From: Lottia gigantea | Taxonomy: Eukaryota | Length of the DNA: 64,000 nucleotides | Direction: 5' to 3' | Assembly: GCF_000327385.1 (NCBI RefSeq) | Contig: NW_008709380.1 | Span: forward strand, 1,401,552 to 1,465,551 | In this document: one piece after another, positions 10,733-26,090 of the stretch | Position numbering within the stretch: position 1 is the first letter of the stretch | Layout: every line of letters begins with the position of its first letter | Notes under the pieces: generated by a model | Told to the model about the DNA's origin: nothing | What the model saw: only the letters and a program-made list of their open reading frames with translations | Databases searched by the model: none | Position numbers and translations under genes: made by a program

Positions 10733-13700
10733 TTTGACAATTTATACTAGCATAAGTATTTTAGTGTGTTGTTTATTCCACATTGTTTTTGGACATTTCC
10801 TGTGAATACTATTATTATAAAATTAGTACAATAACTATCGGTGAAATAGGTGAGATATGTCGCATGCCTAACCATCAGTATAGCAACTGTTAGTTGGTCA
10901 CTGAAAACACGTGGAAATGCCAGTGATGCAAATGGCCTAATCATTAAATGATATATCAGAAATCTACATCTCTACAAGAATGCTTTAGTGGCGATTTAAT
11001 CTTCTTGGTATGACCGAGGCATCTGTTTCATATTAACAGTAAAATACCAGAATGAACTTGTAGCTATTGAAATCATCAATTACGAGATACAACTATCAAT
11101 CGTTAGTTGGAAACGAATTCTATTGGAACAAATTACATCTCCGCTCTACGAAAGTCTAAAAAATTGGTATCAGATTCATAAAGCAGTGCAGGGGAATGAC
11201 CTTACTCATTGACCCAGTGGGGGTAGAAAACAAGGACGCAAAACGTTTATATCATTGATGATGTAACAGTATTAAAAAGAAAATCAATTAATTTATTGCA
11301 TTGACATGTTCGGGAATCGCAAAGCTTCTTGCATGCTGAGTAACAACTGCATCGAGAATGGAAAAATTAAAATCATTATACATGTATAAGTATCCAAAAA
11401 AAAGAAACACCTCCTTCTATTCATATTCAAGCTGTGCGATGCAGGCTTTTGTCACGTTCCATTACTAAAAAAATCCTCTAGTAACAAGGTATGCTTCATA
11501 ATTACTTCCTATTTCATGCGATTTCTGTGAAAAGAACTAATATGAGCTACAGTGAGGCACAATCACGTGTTGGTGAGAAGATCTACATTTTTTCTCGTGA
11601 ACCTATAAAGGTCGTTAACTCTATTCATGCACGTGCCAAAATTTCAAAACAAAAGGAAAAAACTGTCAATTCTAAATAAAAACTGTTAATTTGGCATTCA
11701 AACAACATGTTAAAACTGTTAGCTTGACCTAAAAACAGAACCCAAAAACAGTTTACTATCGTCAAAAGCCTACCTTCAAGAAATCAAATCTGTTAACGAT
11801 CTGCATTGCATTATTAAGTTTTCAAAATAAGAGGAAAGAAAATGTAGATTTTACTGCTCAATATTAGGCTTACTTTGCTTACGGGCAGGGCCAAGCAGCG
11901 TATGTTTTTAGGAAAATTAAGAAAAAAAGAGTATCTTAAGTTCCCTGTAGTAGATTTCTAACCACAGAGATATCTCTAACATTGACATTCTGCTGGTAGC
12001 ACAAAGACCACTACCTCGCGCACAGAAGCAGATATTACTGTATTAACTATTTTTGTTTGTTACCACAGGCTAACAGTTATATTTTCATTTTTACTTTTTA
12101 TGGGGTAGATGCAATAAAATTGTATCAGCTGGCCAAGCACAATCTAAAGTTCCAAGTTAAATCATCCCCCTGTTTAACTTGAGCTTGAAGATCAATATAT
12201 CCGAAGAAGAGTTTATGGCATGAATTTTAATAAGCAAGATTAGATTTCTTTTAAACTAAATGGAGATAGAAGTAGATTCTGATAACTCAATTATTAATAC
12301 TTGTTACTTGAGTGATATTAATGAATCCCTACAGGCTAATCATGGAAAAGGTTGTTGTACCACCCGCCTCAAAAACAACTCTTTTAGACCGTGTTCCTAA
12401 ATATAGAAATCTTGTCCGCAGGAAGAAAATAATATGGGAAGGTCAATATAAGTCCTTCATTTTGATTGAAGTGTCCATCCATACCAGATATACATTTCTT
12501 ATATTGTTATATCTTATAGTAATCCCACGCAATTGGTCGAGAAAGGCGTGTCCGGTATCAATTAATGATGTATCTATTTCTAGAGGAATATTGAACGAGG
12601 GACATGCAATTATCCACGTATTTGAGTAATTAAAGAAATTATTAATTGAATGTGCGTTAAAGCCACTTTTAATTTTTCACACATTATCTGAAATTCTGTC
12701 ACACCCGCAATTCAGACGTCAGAAATTTTCTAATAACGTTTGACCTAGGATCATTGCACATATTTGATGCCATTTTAACCTTTTAATATTAACTTATCGT
12801 GCTTGCTCTCTCTCGCGTCGTCACTAATGAAGTTTCTTTATTTCTTGTAGTCGATGATCTGTCTGGGACATTGCACACTACGTTTGTCAATTACAATAAG
12901 TAACAGAATCCATTTGATTAATCTAAAAGCAGATTCATTATGACACCTTTCATTGAGGCAAGAATTATTATGGCAATCAATTCAGTATGATGAATTGAAG
13001 AAGCAATCGCTGAGGCACTTCGCTTAAAAGGCACATATCAACTTCAAGCAACTGACACATACTCTGAATGTATGTAAAAGAAAGTAATACCGGAAGATCA
13101 GAGGAACGAACTTCTTTAATATCTCCAAATCAATGGTATACGGCACATATCTTGAAGCTGTTAGCTTAAATGCAATTGTTTGAAAAGGTCAGACATGCTA
13201 AGGACTTGTTATTTATGTTTCTTAGTTATAAATAGTAATCTGTAGGCTTATTTGGTGGGTGTCGCCAAGGAAGCGAACACACTGCAACTGGGTTTGGCAC
13301 ACTTATTACACAGCAATATGCCGATGATCCTACAGGTATACAGAATGCTCTCCGAGGCAATTTTTAACCTATATGAGCTGCACTAATATTAGTATTGTGC
13401 TGAGGTAAGAAATGCTCACCCTTCAGAACACCTGTATATCTGTGGATTCTTTTAAGAAAAATTAAAAAAAATCCATAAGCAAAAAATATTGCAGGAAAGT
13501 CGTTTGATTGTTCATACAAATGGCAATACTGATATTTAACAAATTAAAATTGCAGAAACTTCTACAATTAATGACTTTTGTGCGTGCGTTGTTGCTTCAG
13601 GTATTGTTAAAAACCAACCAGGATAAGAAAAAAACATCATCACTTTAAAAAAAAAAAAAAAAAACTCGTCGACTTAAAAAATATTTTTTTTTTAGAAATG

Positions 13701-16700
13701 GTGTGACGTCAACACGTTTCCTCTATTGTTCAAAAGATATACGTTCTCACTGATGTCATATATTGAGTAGATGACGATAATTTAAAGAAGACTGACTCGA
13801 CATCGTTTTCTTTTTCAAATATTTTATCATACATTGCTAATGTCATTTATAATAAATCATAAAACGTTTCTTTTTACAAATTGGTATGTCCGTCGTTTAC
13901 ATGATTCTGTTTACTTGATAAAAGATTTTCCCCCCTACAAGAACATGTAATGAATTTATACTTTTCCTAGCTTTTGATCTGACTAAAAACATCGAGAGCC
14001 AGACAAATCAGTTACAAGGGATTATATTTCCTCAGTTCTCGGACCAATACTGATTAATCATCAAATATTGTAACCAGTGGGCACAGATGTCGTCAATTTA
14101 GTAGGTTTATTCTAGTTCAGTAACTCACGTATGATGGATTATACCAACCCGGGGTACCTTTGGTCGATTTGTAAGAAATTTATTATCCTCTACATCTTTC
14201 TTACTGACGAACAGCTAATTCGGGTATTTCGGTTGATCATGCTTAGTTTCTAGCAAATTAAAGGAACGGATTCACCATTTTCTAACGTTGATTTGGGTCT
14301 TGAGAATATATATCCTTTCTAAGCATTACTCACCTTCTATAATACCTAACCAAGTGATTGAGATTTCATTCAAGATTTATGATTTTCATATTTTAAAGTC
14401 GTTTCGTGGCTCTGTCACTTCTATTGCGGAACCGGTGAATATTGTGTAATGTAAACGGTCGATCTCACCGAGAACCGTGCCAATTCTGGTACACGGTGCC
14501 ATTGTTGATTACATCAAGATATCTTTGATTACAGCAGGGTAACTACAAAGAGTAACTTCTTGAAGAAGAGTTCCTTGGATAACCACTACAATTGTAGAAC
14601 CGTTCTTGAACCACTTGAATTTACTGCAATGTACATTGCAAATAGGTAAATTCGTGTGCTACATTCTGATACGTTATTGGAAATAGGACACCAAAAAAAG
14701 AATTTCCTATGCCTTTGTTTTAACAATATTAACCCATTGCTCATGTACCCATGTATAACATTATCCGACATATGATTAATCAAACGCAGATGTTCTTTTT
14801 TAATTTGTTGCTACCTACCAGTAAACGATGCTCCGAGAATCTGGTGTAAATGTCAGGACTATATAAGAAAAGACAACAAGAGGTTATTTTAGTACCATGT
14901 GATCTTTGTTATAAAATGATATTATCTAAACTATTTGTAGCAATTAGAATTTGCATTTGATATAGAAAATGTACTTGATGATTTGTGTCATATTTCAATT
15001 AAAAACAAATCAGACAACATTTGCAGTATACATTTACATACCATTACTAACATATTAAGAGAACACGCTATGAAAATTCCATAGAAGAAACCTAACAATA
15101 AATTTCATAATAATTGTAAACTGAGTTAGCCTATTGTGTAAATTGTGTACACCGTTGGAAAGTTTCGCAGGTGGTGCAATGTAGTCTCTTTTTAGCTGCT
15201 CTTAATATCAGTCATAGTATATCAGTCCATCTTTTCCTCAAGTTAAATAGGTGGTGCTTATGCGGTCTCTTGTTTCTTGCTCTGAATATTATTAATTTCA
15301 ACTTAAAAATGTTAAGAAAATGTAATGAAAGAGCTTAGAGGTTTTAAGCTTTCTGATCATATATGCACACTCTCTGCTTCCGATCCTATATATCTTAATA
15401 AGTTACCTCTTCAATGAGAATTTTACAAAGTGGGCGAGCCCTTTGAAGTATTCAGTCATCGTAGTTGAAGCTCAATTACCACTATCTAAACACTTTGAAA
15501 CTAAATATTGTTCATTCACTAACGATGTTCCGTATGCACCAAAAGTGAAATTGAACCTCATTTGACTGTATTCTGCCCGATTAACATTAACTTTTAATAT
15601 GAATATATATTTTGTTTGCCCCACATACAATTACCTTAATTATTTAAAGATTGGCATAATTAATGCTTAACTTTTGATCCACTTCTAATACTATTTTAAA
15701 TCAGAAGAAATTCGCAAAATGGACGATTAATTAGACGATTTAGATAAACTTGGTGACATTAACTGTGTGTAACACCTTTTTATAGACCTGTCCAAGACCG
15801 TTAACGTGGTTGAGGAAGAATATAAATCAAGGTTATTGCATGTCACATAAATTCACATAATTCTGATATTCATTTGCTCCGTCGATCAGTAGGAAGAAAT
15901 CAAGATATATTTTATGTTACTGTTGCTCATAGGTTAAAAAAAAATTGAACACGCGAGGTGAGTCATAAAGTGTCGGACTGAGCAATAATCGAAATGTCAT
16001 ATAAAATAAATAGCCTTAGTGTAACGTCTTTAGGCTCTTTTATCATATATGAATTTGGTTTGTGTGGTTCGATGGAATCTAAGATTTCAATTAAGGTGTA
16101 GATAAATATATTTAGTTAATTGTTAGTGGGTGCATCCAAAAAATTAGAATCATCTTTAATTACATTTACTGTATGTATTTACGGTTTCATGAATATGGGT
16201 TATCTTCACCTTTTATAATGGTCAGAAAGTTAAATATTTTTCTTGGTCCGTGACCTGTAAAACTGACTTCAATACAAACTTGAAAAACACATTTGACCTT
16301 CATTGTGATAAAGAAAATAAAAACCAATAAATATAAGTCTTTATGAGAAAAAATTACCTCAGATTTTCTGTTTCTGTGTTAATACGAGGTTTTGTCGTTA
16401 TTTTATCTACGATTAACGAAAAGAGAAAACTGATTCCACGTTCTCCTTAGTGATACTTTATGGTCTGGTTGTATATCATATGAAAGGAAGCATCCTATAT
16501 GTGTCTAGTATACATATAACATCGATATCTTCAGTCAATAATGTATAGAGTTTATTTATTAAGAACAATGCCCTCGTGTTGTTTATAGTTCATTAAAAAT
16601 TGTAAGGATACTTATTATACCTGATGAAGGTCAGTAATTAATTAGAAAATAATATTGTCGGGAAAAATATTTTCTTATTATGTCCAGCGATGCGTAGTTA

Positions 16701-16991
16701 GCAGTTTTCTGAAACAATACAGCCTCGTGGACATCAGTAGACTACACAGCTTCATTCAGGATATCGATCGAGTATGTACGAAGATTAACTAACGAATCAG
16801 CGACCATCTATCATAGAGTATTTATAATATATTTATCTCGATTTATACTATTCAGTCCTTTCTCGTGATTCTTGGCGCTCTTTTATAACTTTACAGACTT
16901 CAGCTTTACAAAAAGTTTAAATCGATTGTTATTGCAGCTATTTAATAGGTACGAATTTGGTATTTTGAAGTTTATTCGATTAAGACTGACA

Positions 16992-17804
16992 ATGAATCAA
17001 AGTGAATTTATAAACGATACATTACAAGTGTTATTTTCACATCATGGTGCCGCACCACCTTTATCTGAAAACGAAACGTTCATAATGGAAAACCATACAC
17101 TACTGCGTCCAACACATTATTCAACATCATTCCAACTTATTGCGGCTACCATAAGTGCTATCATTTTCATAGTGGGTTTAATTGGAAATGTTTTAGTGGT
17201 AATCGTTATCGCAAGGACTAGAAGTATGCATACTCCGACCAACTGTTACTTGCTGAGTTTAGCCGTAGCGGATATTCTTGTTTTGTTATCAGCAACATTA
17301 CCAGCCATCCCTGAACCCTTTTTCCAAATAGACGAGTGGAGGTTCGGCCGAGTTCTGTGTTCCTTGTTGATCTTTTTACAGTACCTCGGAGTAGATGCTT
17401 CTTCTGCGTCTATAACCGCGTTTACAGTGGAACGGTACTTTGCTATCTGTAAACCTATGCGAGCTCAGACAATGTGTACAGTAAATAGAGCGAAAAAGAT
17501 TATCGTTGGTATTTGGATATTAACAACCATATATTGTTCACCGTGGTTAGGACTAACTGACTTAAGACGGGTACAGCAAACCGATGGGCATATCATAGAA
17601 AAATGTGATTTCAGGTTATCAAGATCGTCATATTTGGCTTATTTTATGACGGATTTGGTTATATTTTATGTTATTCCTTTTATAATATCAGCCGTGTTGT
17701 ACTGTTTAATTGGACGTATCCTGTTTTCGGATAGTTTAAATATAAGTCGTGGAGATAACAGAAGTGATATTCATGCTAAAAGACATTCCCAAGCTAGAGT
17801 TCAG
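16992..17804 (+). CDS. TRHR-like: TRHR-like rhodopsin-family neuropeptide GPCR, exon 1. It encodes an N-terminus with four N-glycosylation sequons, then TM1 through the intracellular loop 3 (ICL3).
   Basis: The translation from ATG 16992 (MNQSEF...) gives TM1 GNVLVV, TM2 LSLAVADILVL, TM3-ICL2 FLQYLGVDASSASITAFTVERYFAICKPMRAQTMCTVNRAKKIIVGIWILTTIYCSPW and TM5 FYVIPFIISAVLYCLIGRILF. This is closely collinear with vertebrate TRHR ([44 protein letters not shown]). The exon ends at a CAG|GTAAGT donor at 17804/17805. The track ORF 16872 starts on TTG, so I used the first in-frame ATG. Confidence 0.8.
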
Positions 17805-20087
17805 GTAAGTTATGTAAGGGTAAAATCAGACAGCAATATATAAACCTGCGTTGCATCAAATACATCAGTTTGGATGACCTCGTCTGAGCAATTAACTGTG
17901 GTCTTTTTAAATTATCAAACAACCAAGGATGCTCGCCAAGGATGCTGATTTTTCTCATCACGTCTCAGAGTGACTTCTGGTCTTCTGAAAGAAGGCACAT
18001 TATCTGCTTTGCCAAGACACCTGCTTCTGCAATTACTGTAGTAGCCAAGAAGTAATTTTTGGGGACTTCAGGAGCTTAAAAAGTAAACAAGGTCCCAACT
18101 ACGCATAATCGTGGAACATGAGATATCATTGTTCCTTTGACTTCAATATTTTCCGAATGCTCGTAGTCTTAGACGTAATGTTCCTGTTTAAATAATTAAA
18201 CCACCACAAAAGCAAAAATCATCATCTCGTATCTACCTGAAATTGATACATGCACATTCACAAAAGCAAAACGATTGCACTCATCACTCTACCCAGGTCC
18301 ATCAAAATCTGATTTGCAGTCTAACTAACTGCGATCAACTCGATGGTCTCAGATTCCTATGACTCAGGTCGACAACGACATCCAATTTTTGATAGAACAT
18401 GCTAAACTCATACTCCAAAGTCGTTATACCAGATACCCCCAGTGGCACCCCAACTACCTGATACCCTCTCCCTTTTTAAGTACAAATAAGTTCAAGGAAT
18501 AAAGAAAGAAAGGGCGGTGAAGATTATTTTCTGAAGAAACTATACCACGTTTTTTATAGGTTTGAAATACTTCAGAGTGGTTCACTGGTCATTCTGGATT
18601 ATAACTCAATCTTGATCATCATACTAATGGTGAGGAGACACAGGAGAGTAAAATGACGCGACTTGGTATGATTTGATGAACAGGTTTATGCCTGCTGATG
18701 TCATATCCAGTTAATTGTTCAAATAAAATTAAGTCATTTCTATTTTCATCACCATTCTTGATACGAAGGCGTTACTGTGTTAACAAATTTAAAAATAATT
18801 TGCCAAAAGATTGATGCCATTCAGTGTTTCTGACATCAAGGCGTTGACATACCTTTAAAACGGGGGAAACTCTTCTGGCAAATAGAAATTCCGACGTCAT
18901 ATACATGTATAATTAACAAAATAAAGGCTTATTATTAACCTTAACATGAACAATACTCGCGATAGCAATTAATTCTTATGGCTTCCATATCGAATTTAAT
19001 TGTATATTCTTGATTAGCATAAGTTCATTTCTGAGTATGATATAGGGAATAATAAACAGGCTTAATAAACAGGCTTTTAAACATTTCCGCTGTTCATAGT
19101 CTTCGGTTGTCTTTTAGGACACATTATGCACATGTACTTCTTTATATTTACTTTAGGCAAACCCGTACAACGACCAGGTAACGAGTAATACTTGCTCGAA
19201 AAATATACTTTCCAGAGTATAAAACTTGGAGAAATACATGTGCAATATAGGAAGACAATTTCAATTTGATTACAAACTAACCCCATGTCAGATTTTCATT
19301 ATAAACAGTGTCTTGGGAATCATATAAAGTTCCTATAAGTTGATTATTAAATCAACAAAACAAAAGCGTGTCCCATGACAATTATGGTGCTTAATGTTCA
19401 TAAGCAAAGCAAACAGTGTTAAATTATATCTTAATATCTAATGCACACACAGGTATCCTACTGTTTATAAGGAAACATTGTCCAAGAAAAACATAATATC
19501 GTGTTATTTAGCCATTAGAACTTTAACTTGCGCTAATTGACCTCCTTTAATTTGTTGTGGGAATAAATTATCGGAGTTATATTTGCCCAAGTGACAATAG
19601 GCCACATACTTGTTTTGTAGTTCGATCACTTCTTTCGAAAAACAAGATATTTAAAATACTTTGTTTGAACTCAAATATTTTTGATGCAATTGCAAGTCAT
19701 TTAAAAAGTTGCCTCAAAGCGTTTATAATTTATATTAAGGGATAAATGTACATCATTTTGAACAAAGGGCACTTTTAAAAAGTATATATTGGTGCGTTTC
19801 AGACAGAAGTACTTTTATCATCAGCGTCATTTTAACCAGGCTCTATAATTGTAACAGAGACCTTCATGAAACTCCAAATTGAATCTAATAGTATGATACT
19901 GGCACGATGTCTCCCATATTCCAAATTGCATTATTATATGGAGAATGAGAGCCATTAGGGGTGACATACTCTCAAGGAATCAATTACATTTTTCTGGAAT
20001 AGTGTCAATTAAGGTATAATACGGTGGATAACTGTATTACTGGTAAACGGATATACTACGTAAGATTTTTTGATGTACTTAGGAAGC

Positions 20088-20335
20088 AGGTTATACATCA
20101 GTGTCCTACATTAAGACTACTAAAAATTACAAATAGAGATACAAATCGATTTGCAGTAAATTAAAAAGGGTCCAAGGCGAAGATTACAGTTACTGTTAAA
20201 TTGGGGAGCCACATTTAAAATGTTAACATAATTCGGAATCAGGTTTATATCAATACAGCACATTGAGATTACTTAACAAGCACAAATTAAGATACAAATC
20301 GATTTGCTGCTTTTGAAATAAAAAGGGTTATGACA
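20088..20335. repeat. Two tandem copies of a ~155 bp unit (…ACATTAAGACTACTAAAAATTACAAATAGAGATACAAATCGATTTGCAGTAAATTAAAAAGGGT…), located inside the TRHR intron.
   Basis: Blocks 20100-20170 and 20256-20330 are near-identical by eye. Confidence 0.55.
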
Positions 20336-23300
20336 ATGATGGCAGTTAGATCAACGTCACAAAATTATTGATTTTGGTTTGCTCTTAGAAAGTGTGTGTC
20401 CCTTGAAAAGTTCCAGTTCCATATTAAGATAATCGATTTATTTGAAATAATTGAGTTAGTTTGTTCATCGATATTTCAGTTCTTTCTCATTATCTTGATT
20501 TTGTGAAGTACATTTATACCACCTAAAAAAAGGGTTGATGTTCCTATTTTGAGTTTTCTGGTAGCGACTGATTTATATTATAACTACTAACATCCGAAAT
20601 ATTTAAGTGAAGTCTACTCCCTCAAATGAAAAGTTAATTACCTACAACTAATATATTGCCATTATGTTGTTTTGGTTTTCCGGTATTGTTTTGCGACTCT
20701 GATCGTTAGTACTTCCGGTTTTTCATTTTTCATTTAAGCATTTAGTTTCTCACACATTCACATTATATTCGACCGACTTTCTTTTCTAGAAATATATGCG
20801 TTGATAATTATATATAATATATATTATAGTACCTTACGTGACTCAGAACATTAACTTCAAAATGGTAATTATAGTCAAATTGACTTTGCGTTTACGGAAA
20901 CGTAAAGATAGGTCCAATTTATAATTTAGAATGTTTTGCCTTTATACAGCGTTTTGATCTTTGGGCTTTGGTGGAGATGGGCTTAATCCAACCTGGCTAC
21001 TGGTATAATCTGAGAACAACTGGCTTTTCAACAACTGATTTGCTGTCATAAGCTGAAACAAAATAAGCTATTCCATTATTTGTGATGTCGTTAAGAAGCG
21101 AAACATCCAGTAGTAGTCAATTTCTTTAAATGAGACTTTCTTGTTGGATACCTTGAGTCAACCAGAGACAAGCACTCTTTTACAGCTGATTTTTCAGTTC
21201 ACCTAACAGTTTTCATGTACCGTTAAAGTAAGATGCAAGTAAGAATTTATTTCATTGAAATAATAATTTTACTTCATCTATGATTGGCTCTTATTCGGTC
21301 TAAATAACGATTTACGCCTGCATAAATAGACAATTTCCTCAAGAGCTTTGGTTACACCTGAATGCATAATATGTAATGGTTTCAAATACTGATGCTGGAC
21401 AATAGACATGTGCTCAACTCACTTTACAAGTGAAAATTAGTGAAATATTGTTACCTTATCGATTTAACCCATGGCACCGATTTATATCATCAACTCACCA
21501 AGAATATACTCTCGCCTTAAGACATACATTCTTAATCCTGATATTGGAGGTTTCAAGATTAAATCCAATTCTTGATGCCGAAGACTCGTAGGCGATTCTG
21601 TAAAAAATTGCATTTTAATCCTCCATGTATGTGCGGAAAGATACTTTTCACTGAGATTGATTGAATTTTCAAAAATTATACATTGAGTTCTGCTACGGTC
21701 TTGTAAGGTGTATAAATCGCGAGAAAACTTGGCACAACCTAAAACAAAAACCCATGGATATGGAGACTAATGGCCAATACCTTTCGGGCAAACAGGGCCG
21801 CGGGGACCTGTGTAAACGTAGCATGACTAACAAGCTGTGATAAACAGAAATATATTGTAATTATTCTTTTTGATGTACTATTAAAATTTGATGTGAAAGT
21901 AATAAAAACAGGAAAACATTGAAGTTTATTGCAAATATAATTAGCATAGTTCATTGTGACTTTTTCCGAATTTTATGTCACAGTTAAAGCTTCAGTAACA
22001 GTATATTTTATTCAAAGCACTTTCTTTCGATCCATTGCATAATAATTTTGACTATATCTCATCTCAAAGTGCCGAGTACCAAATACTCATCAGCGCAGGA
22101 CAGTGTCGTTTTCATACAACAAATTATATTTCAATTTTCATGAAGTGGAATGATATGAATGGACGAATACGTCCACCGAAATGAGCTATTGAAAACAGGC
22201 AACGCCATACAGTGAGCAACGAGGGTATTTTACTCAACTACAGTATTCAGCTCACGCATATGCATTACGTGTCAGAATAGAAAACCGTATCGATTCTTTT
22301 GGGGTGTCATTTTCTGGCAATGAGAGGCACTATAATTGCAATCATAGGACATATTTATTCAAAACGTAATTTATTTCAAGGGTTCTCACTTCAAGTAGAT
22401 TAGCTATAAGTGCTAACAAGAGTTCCTTATCAATACATCATCGATGAAATTGCAACTTGTAGTTGTCAGTGAATAAAAAAAGTTGGAATTTGACCTTCAG
22501 AAAACAGCTTGACGCACTATTTACCACGTCCATTTATCAGCGTGACTGTTAAGAAGAATACAGACCATCCAATTACACGATTTCTTACGTCTCTGAATAA
22601 ATGTTAATCGAATAACATTTCTTTAGTCTTTTCATCATTATTTTTCTAACATCGATTTATATTTGTTATATAAGAACCAGTAAGAAATGACAACGTTCAG
22701 TTCGTCTGATGCTATGTTCCCAGTGGCAACGGCGTTTTCAGGATGGACTTGAGACAACGTCTCCGGATTGATAAACAATCTGGTTTTTTATTTTCTGTTC
22801 GAAAGTTGCTCAAGTGGAAAGTTGAAAGTGGTAGATGATGCAAGACAGTGGTATTATTCTTATGGCTGAATTATCTTTTCTTAAATTTAATTATCAACGA
22901 TAGTTATTGAAGTAATCGTTCAAATTGACATTTTAGTCATTTTGTGGACATAATACATAATATGTAACGCTTGTATGTGATATAATATTTTCAATCACAT
23001 AACGTGAAGTTGATCTGCTGATTGAAACATGAATAATACTGATTCGTAAGTCCTGGTTACTACCAATAAACGAAAAAACAACAAGTTTACATATTAAATA
23101 AAAAGAAACAACATCAAAATTTTACATCTTTTTTTTAAATAAAACGATACAGATACATTAACAGCCACAAATACAACTACATTTATACGGAGACATATTT
23201 CTGTTATGGACCTAACCTTGGTTGTGGAGGCCGAGATTGAATTCTGTCAACCGTTCAATTCCCAACAAGATTAATCACTGTACTGCACTATGTCATTTCC

Positions 23301-25639
23301 CTATACCATTATATTTATATTGTATTATACCATTTCCTTTTGACATGGCAATATATCATATTTCTATCTCTTTATTGCATCCGTTCAGCCATTGGGAGAG
23401 GGAGAAATCGCTAATACACTTGGAACCTGCACTTGTGCCTTTAAGTGTTTCTGGAATATCATGGAATCATTAACGACATCGAGTGGGAAATTGAAATTGT
23501 GCAATAGATATAGTACCCATCCTAAATAGACACACAATGATAGACAATCACTTTTAAATCATCTTAATGACTCGAATAACCCATGATTCGAATTACTTAT
23601 GATAGGATATCCCTTTGATCGGAAACTGAAATAATTATTTTGATGATGAACTTGTGACTTAGGTCTATTAGTACAGTTGGTCACGAAAGGTATAAATTAA
23701 AAATACTAATGAGATGTCAGACAACATCTCATGTATTCTGATTCGTTTATCAATATAGTTTTATAAAAATCCAGTTCAACCCACTCCAAAGGTCAAAGAT
23801 TATATGTATTCGAAAAAATTTGGCGGTGGCCCCGTCAACCCCAAGTTCTGCAGCAGCCAATGTTTTCAAGTAACCATTACAACATACATAAAAAAAATTC
23901 TTACATCGTCACTTGGGGATTTTATTGAAATAGATTTAGTATTCAGCATCTTGCATGTACGTTGATTGGCCAACGGGGACATAATTAACAATTGGAACGT
24001 CATCTTGAAAGAGACAAAAAATCATGAAATGTTGGCGTTTTAAGATAAGATCATCTGAAACTACCAATTATGAAGACGCCTTTTACTAAGATATTGCACA
24101 AGAAGATGTATTCGCAGATACTGAAAAACAAAAGAATTTATAGAGGATGCAGCCAATAAAGTATAGAAACCAGGAAGGAAACTTAAATAAGAACAATACT
24201 TATTATTTTACTAATTATAAATAGATAGTCATGTTATAACATTACGAGCGTACCAAGCCATCAACAGCAGTAGTGTATAACAAATGTACTGTCAGAACGT
24301 TTTCTTATGTATATAATTGACTCAACAAGATCTTCATTTAGTATCGATAAGGGTAAAATCTGATTAAATTTATAACATGAAATGTATCGTACAATTCTAC
24401 ATCAAATAGAGACAATGACTGTCAAAGCTGCAGATATCCATTCCGTTGAGTCCAGTGCTTCAGATTTGGAATTTTGATTGTAATTTTGTAATTGATGTTT
24501 CATGTACATTGTATCTGATAATGACACAAAATGTATTTTGAATTAGCGATTGTAGTCACAATTAGAAAAAAATCATTGAGAACCGAGTGACTCATTCAAG
24601 ATAACGATGAATAGCAGCCAGGTGTCCACAGGTATATATTTAATATATGTTTTGTATGCATTCTGTTGGTGATCATCACTTTATATGTTTGATTTTTTAT
24701 TTGTTTTCAGTAACTTGGACTAAATGTATGAAACGCCTGTTTATTTTGTATTAAGTTAAAGCTACCATATCAATCAGTTCGAATAATATTTATATTTACA
24801 ATAAAATCAGATATCTCGTGTCAGCTGGTTATCTCGTGAAATTCAAGCTTCAATAACTCCTAAGCGTGACATAATGCCATTGAAAACATATTTGAATAGT
24901 ATGCATACATCCCATTAGTTATGAAACCATGTTGAACGTGTATTCAAATGATATTTTTTTTGCTTTCACGTAACGAGCAAGCAGTTTCACTCGACTAACA
25001 AAACAGATACTGGTAGAATCTATCTAAGAAATCTACAAAATACACATGTGGACTGACAAAAAGGGATACCGAGTTGACGAATTTAAGTGTTGAGATATAA
25101 CCTATATTATTTTAGATGATTTTATCTTTGAAATTGAGTGAAAATGTTCAGATCGTGACAAAATTTGCTTGGTGTCACCCTTAACTTGATAGACACTAAG
25201 GAAGTCTGTGTAGATGAGTACGGTCTGATTATCGACGGAAAGGCAACATATCAACTAACGAAATGATACTGCTACATCCATAGTCAACCTATCTAATTAT
25301 CTTTTAACTTACACCTTACTTTTATCATAAATCTTTACTTTGTGACCTAGGCCAGTGCTTTTGTGAGATTATGTTCTTATCACTATCTAACACAACATAT
25401 ACACTCATAAAGTGTACAAAATTGTACTTCAGAACAAATCTGATATATATTTTAGAATATAAGTATGAAACAAGAGTTTAACTAATGAGCATGTCTGAGC
25501 CCTATCTTACCATGATGAAAACAGCCCGGCGAATGATCTTGCGAATCGGTTTACTTAGGTTTTGGAGACATCCGAAGCTCTAGGTTGTGATTTACGAAGG
25601 TAAGAACACGAAGGAAATTGCTCTAAGGGCTTACATAGT

Positions 25640-26090
25640 TTAGGTAGTGTTACTGTAACAGTTTAACCGTAAAGTTGATTATCTATAAGTAACAATAAAT
25701 AATAAGGTAACGGATGGGAATATTACTTCAATTAATTAAAAAAAAATGATGACATTGGTTTTGTACTTCGATTATTTCTAAGACACGTTCAGTAATGCTT
25801 TATCAACCATAAAGTTGAAACATGAAGAGACTTTTCAATACTTACAATAGTACAAATTAATTTTCAAACATAATGACATTTACTTCGATTATTACTAAGA
25901 CAGTTTAAGTAATTTTTACTTCGATTATTATTTAGACATTTAAGTAGTGTTTTACTAACTGTAAAACTGAAGTATTCGAATTAAAAAAACAAGTAAATAC
26001 AACACGTAAGATATTATACTTGCATTACTACTGGGACAGTTTAAGTAGTGTTTTATCAACCATGAAGTTGAAACATTAATAGACCGTGTG
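25640..26090. repeat. Degenerate tandem repeat with a ~110-120 bp unit (…TACTTCGATTATT.CTAAGACAGTTTAAGTAGTGTTTTATCAACCATGAAGTTGAAACAT…), located inside the TRHR intron.
   Basis: The motifs recur three to four times by eye. Confidence 0.55.

Noticed and set aside
12312-12629. A 105 aa plus-strand ORF.
   Set aside because: It has no recognisable motifs or codon or purine strand bias. Its length is within the chance expectation for this composition.
16001-16085. A tRNA-like A-box (TAGCCTTAGTGT) and B-box-like GGTTCGATGG at tRNA-compatible spacing.
   Set aside because: The T-stem cannot pair (no complementary CCACAC after the loop), the B-box lacks the terminal CC, and no cloverleaf can be drawn. 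This is a chance match.
16872-16991. The track ORF for the GPCR starts at 16872.
   Set aside because: Position 16872 is TTG, not ATG. The first in-frame ATG (16992, MNQSEF, followed by N-glycosylation sequons) is the more plausible eukaryotic start. The upstream 120 nt may be 5'UTR, or part of an exon spliced from further upstream (a CAG acceptor-like site lies at about 16897).
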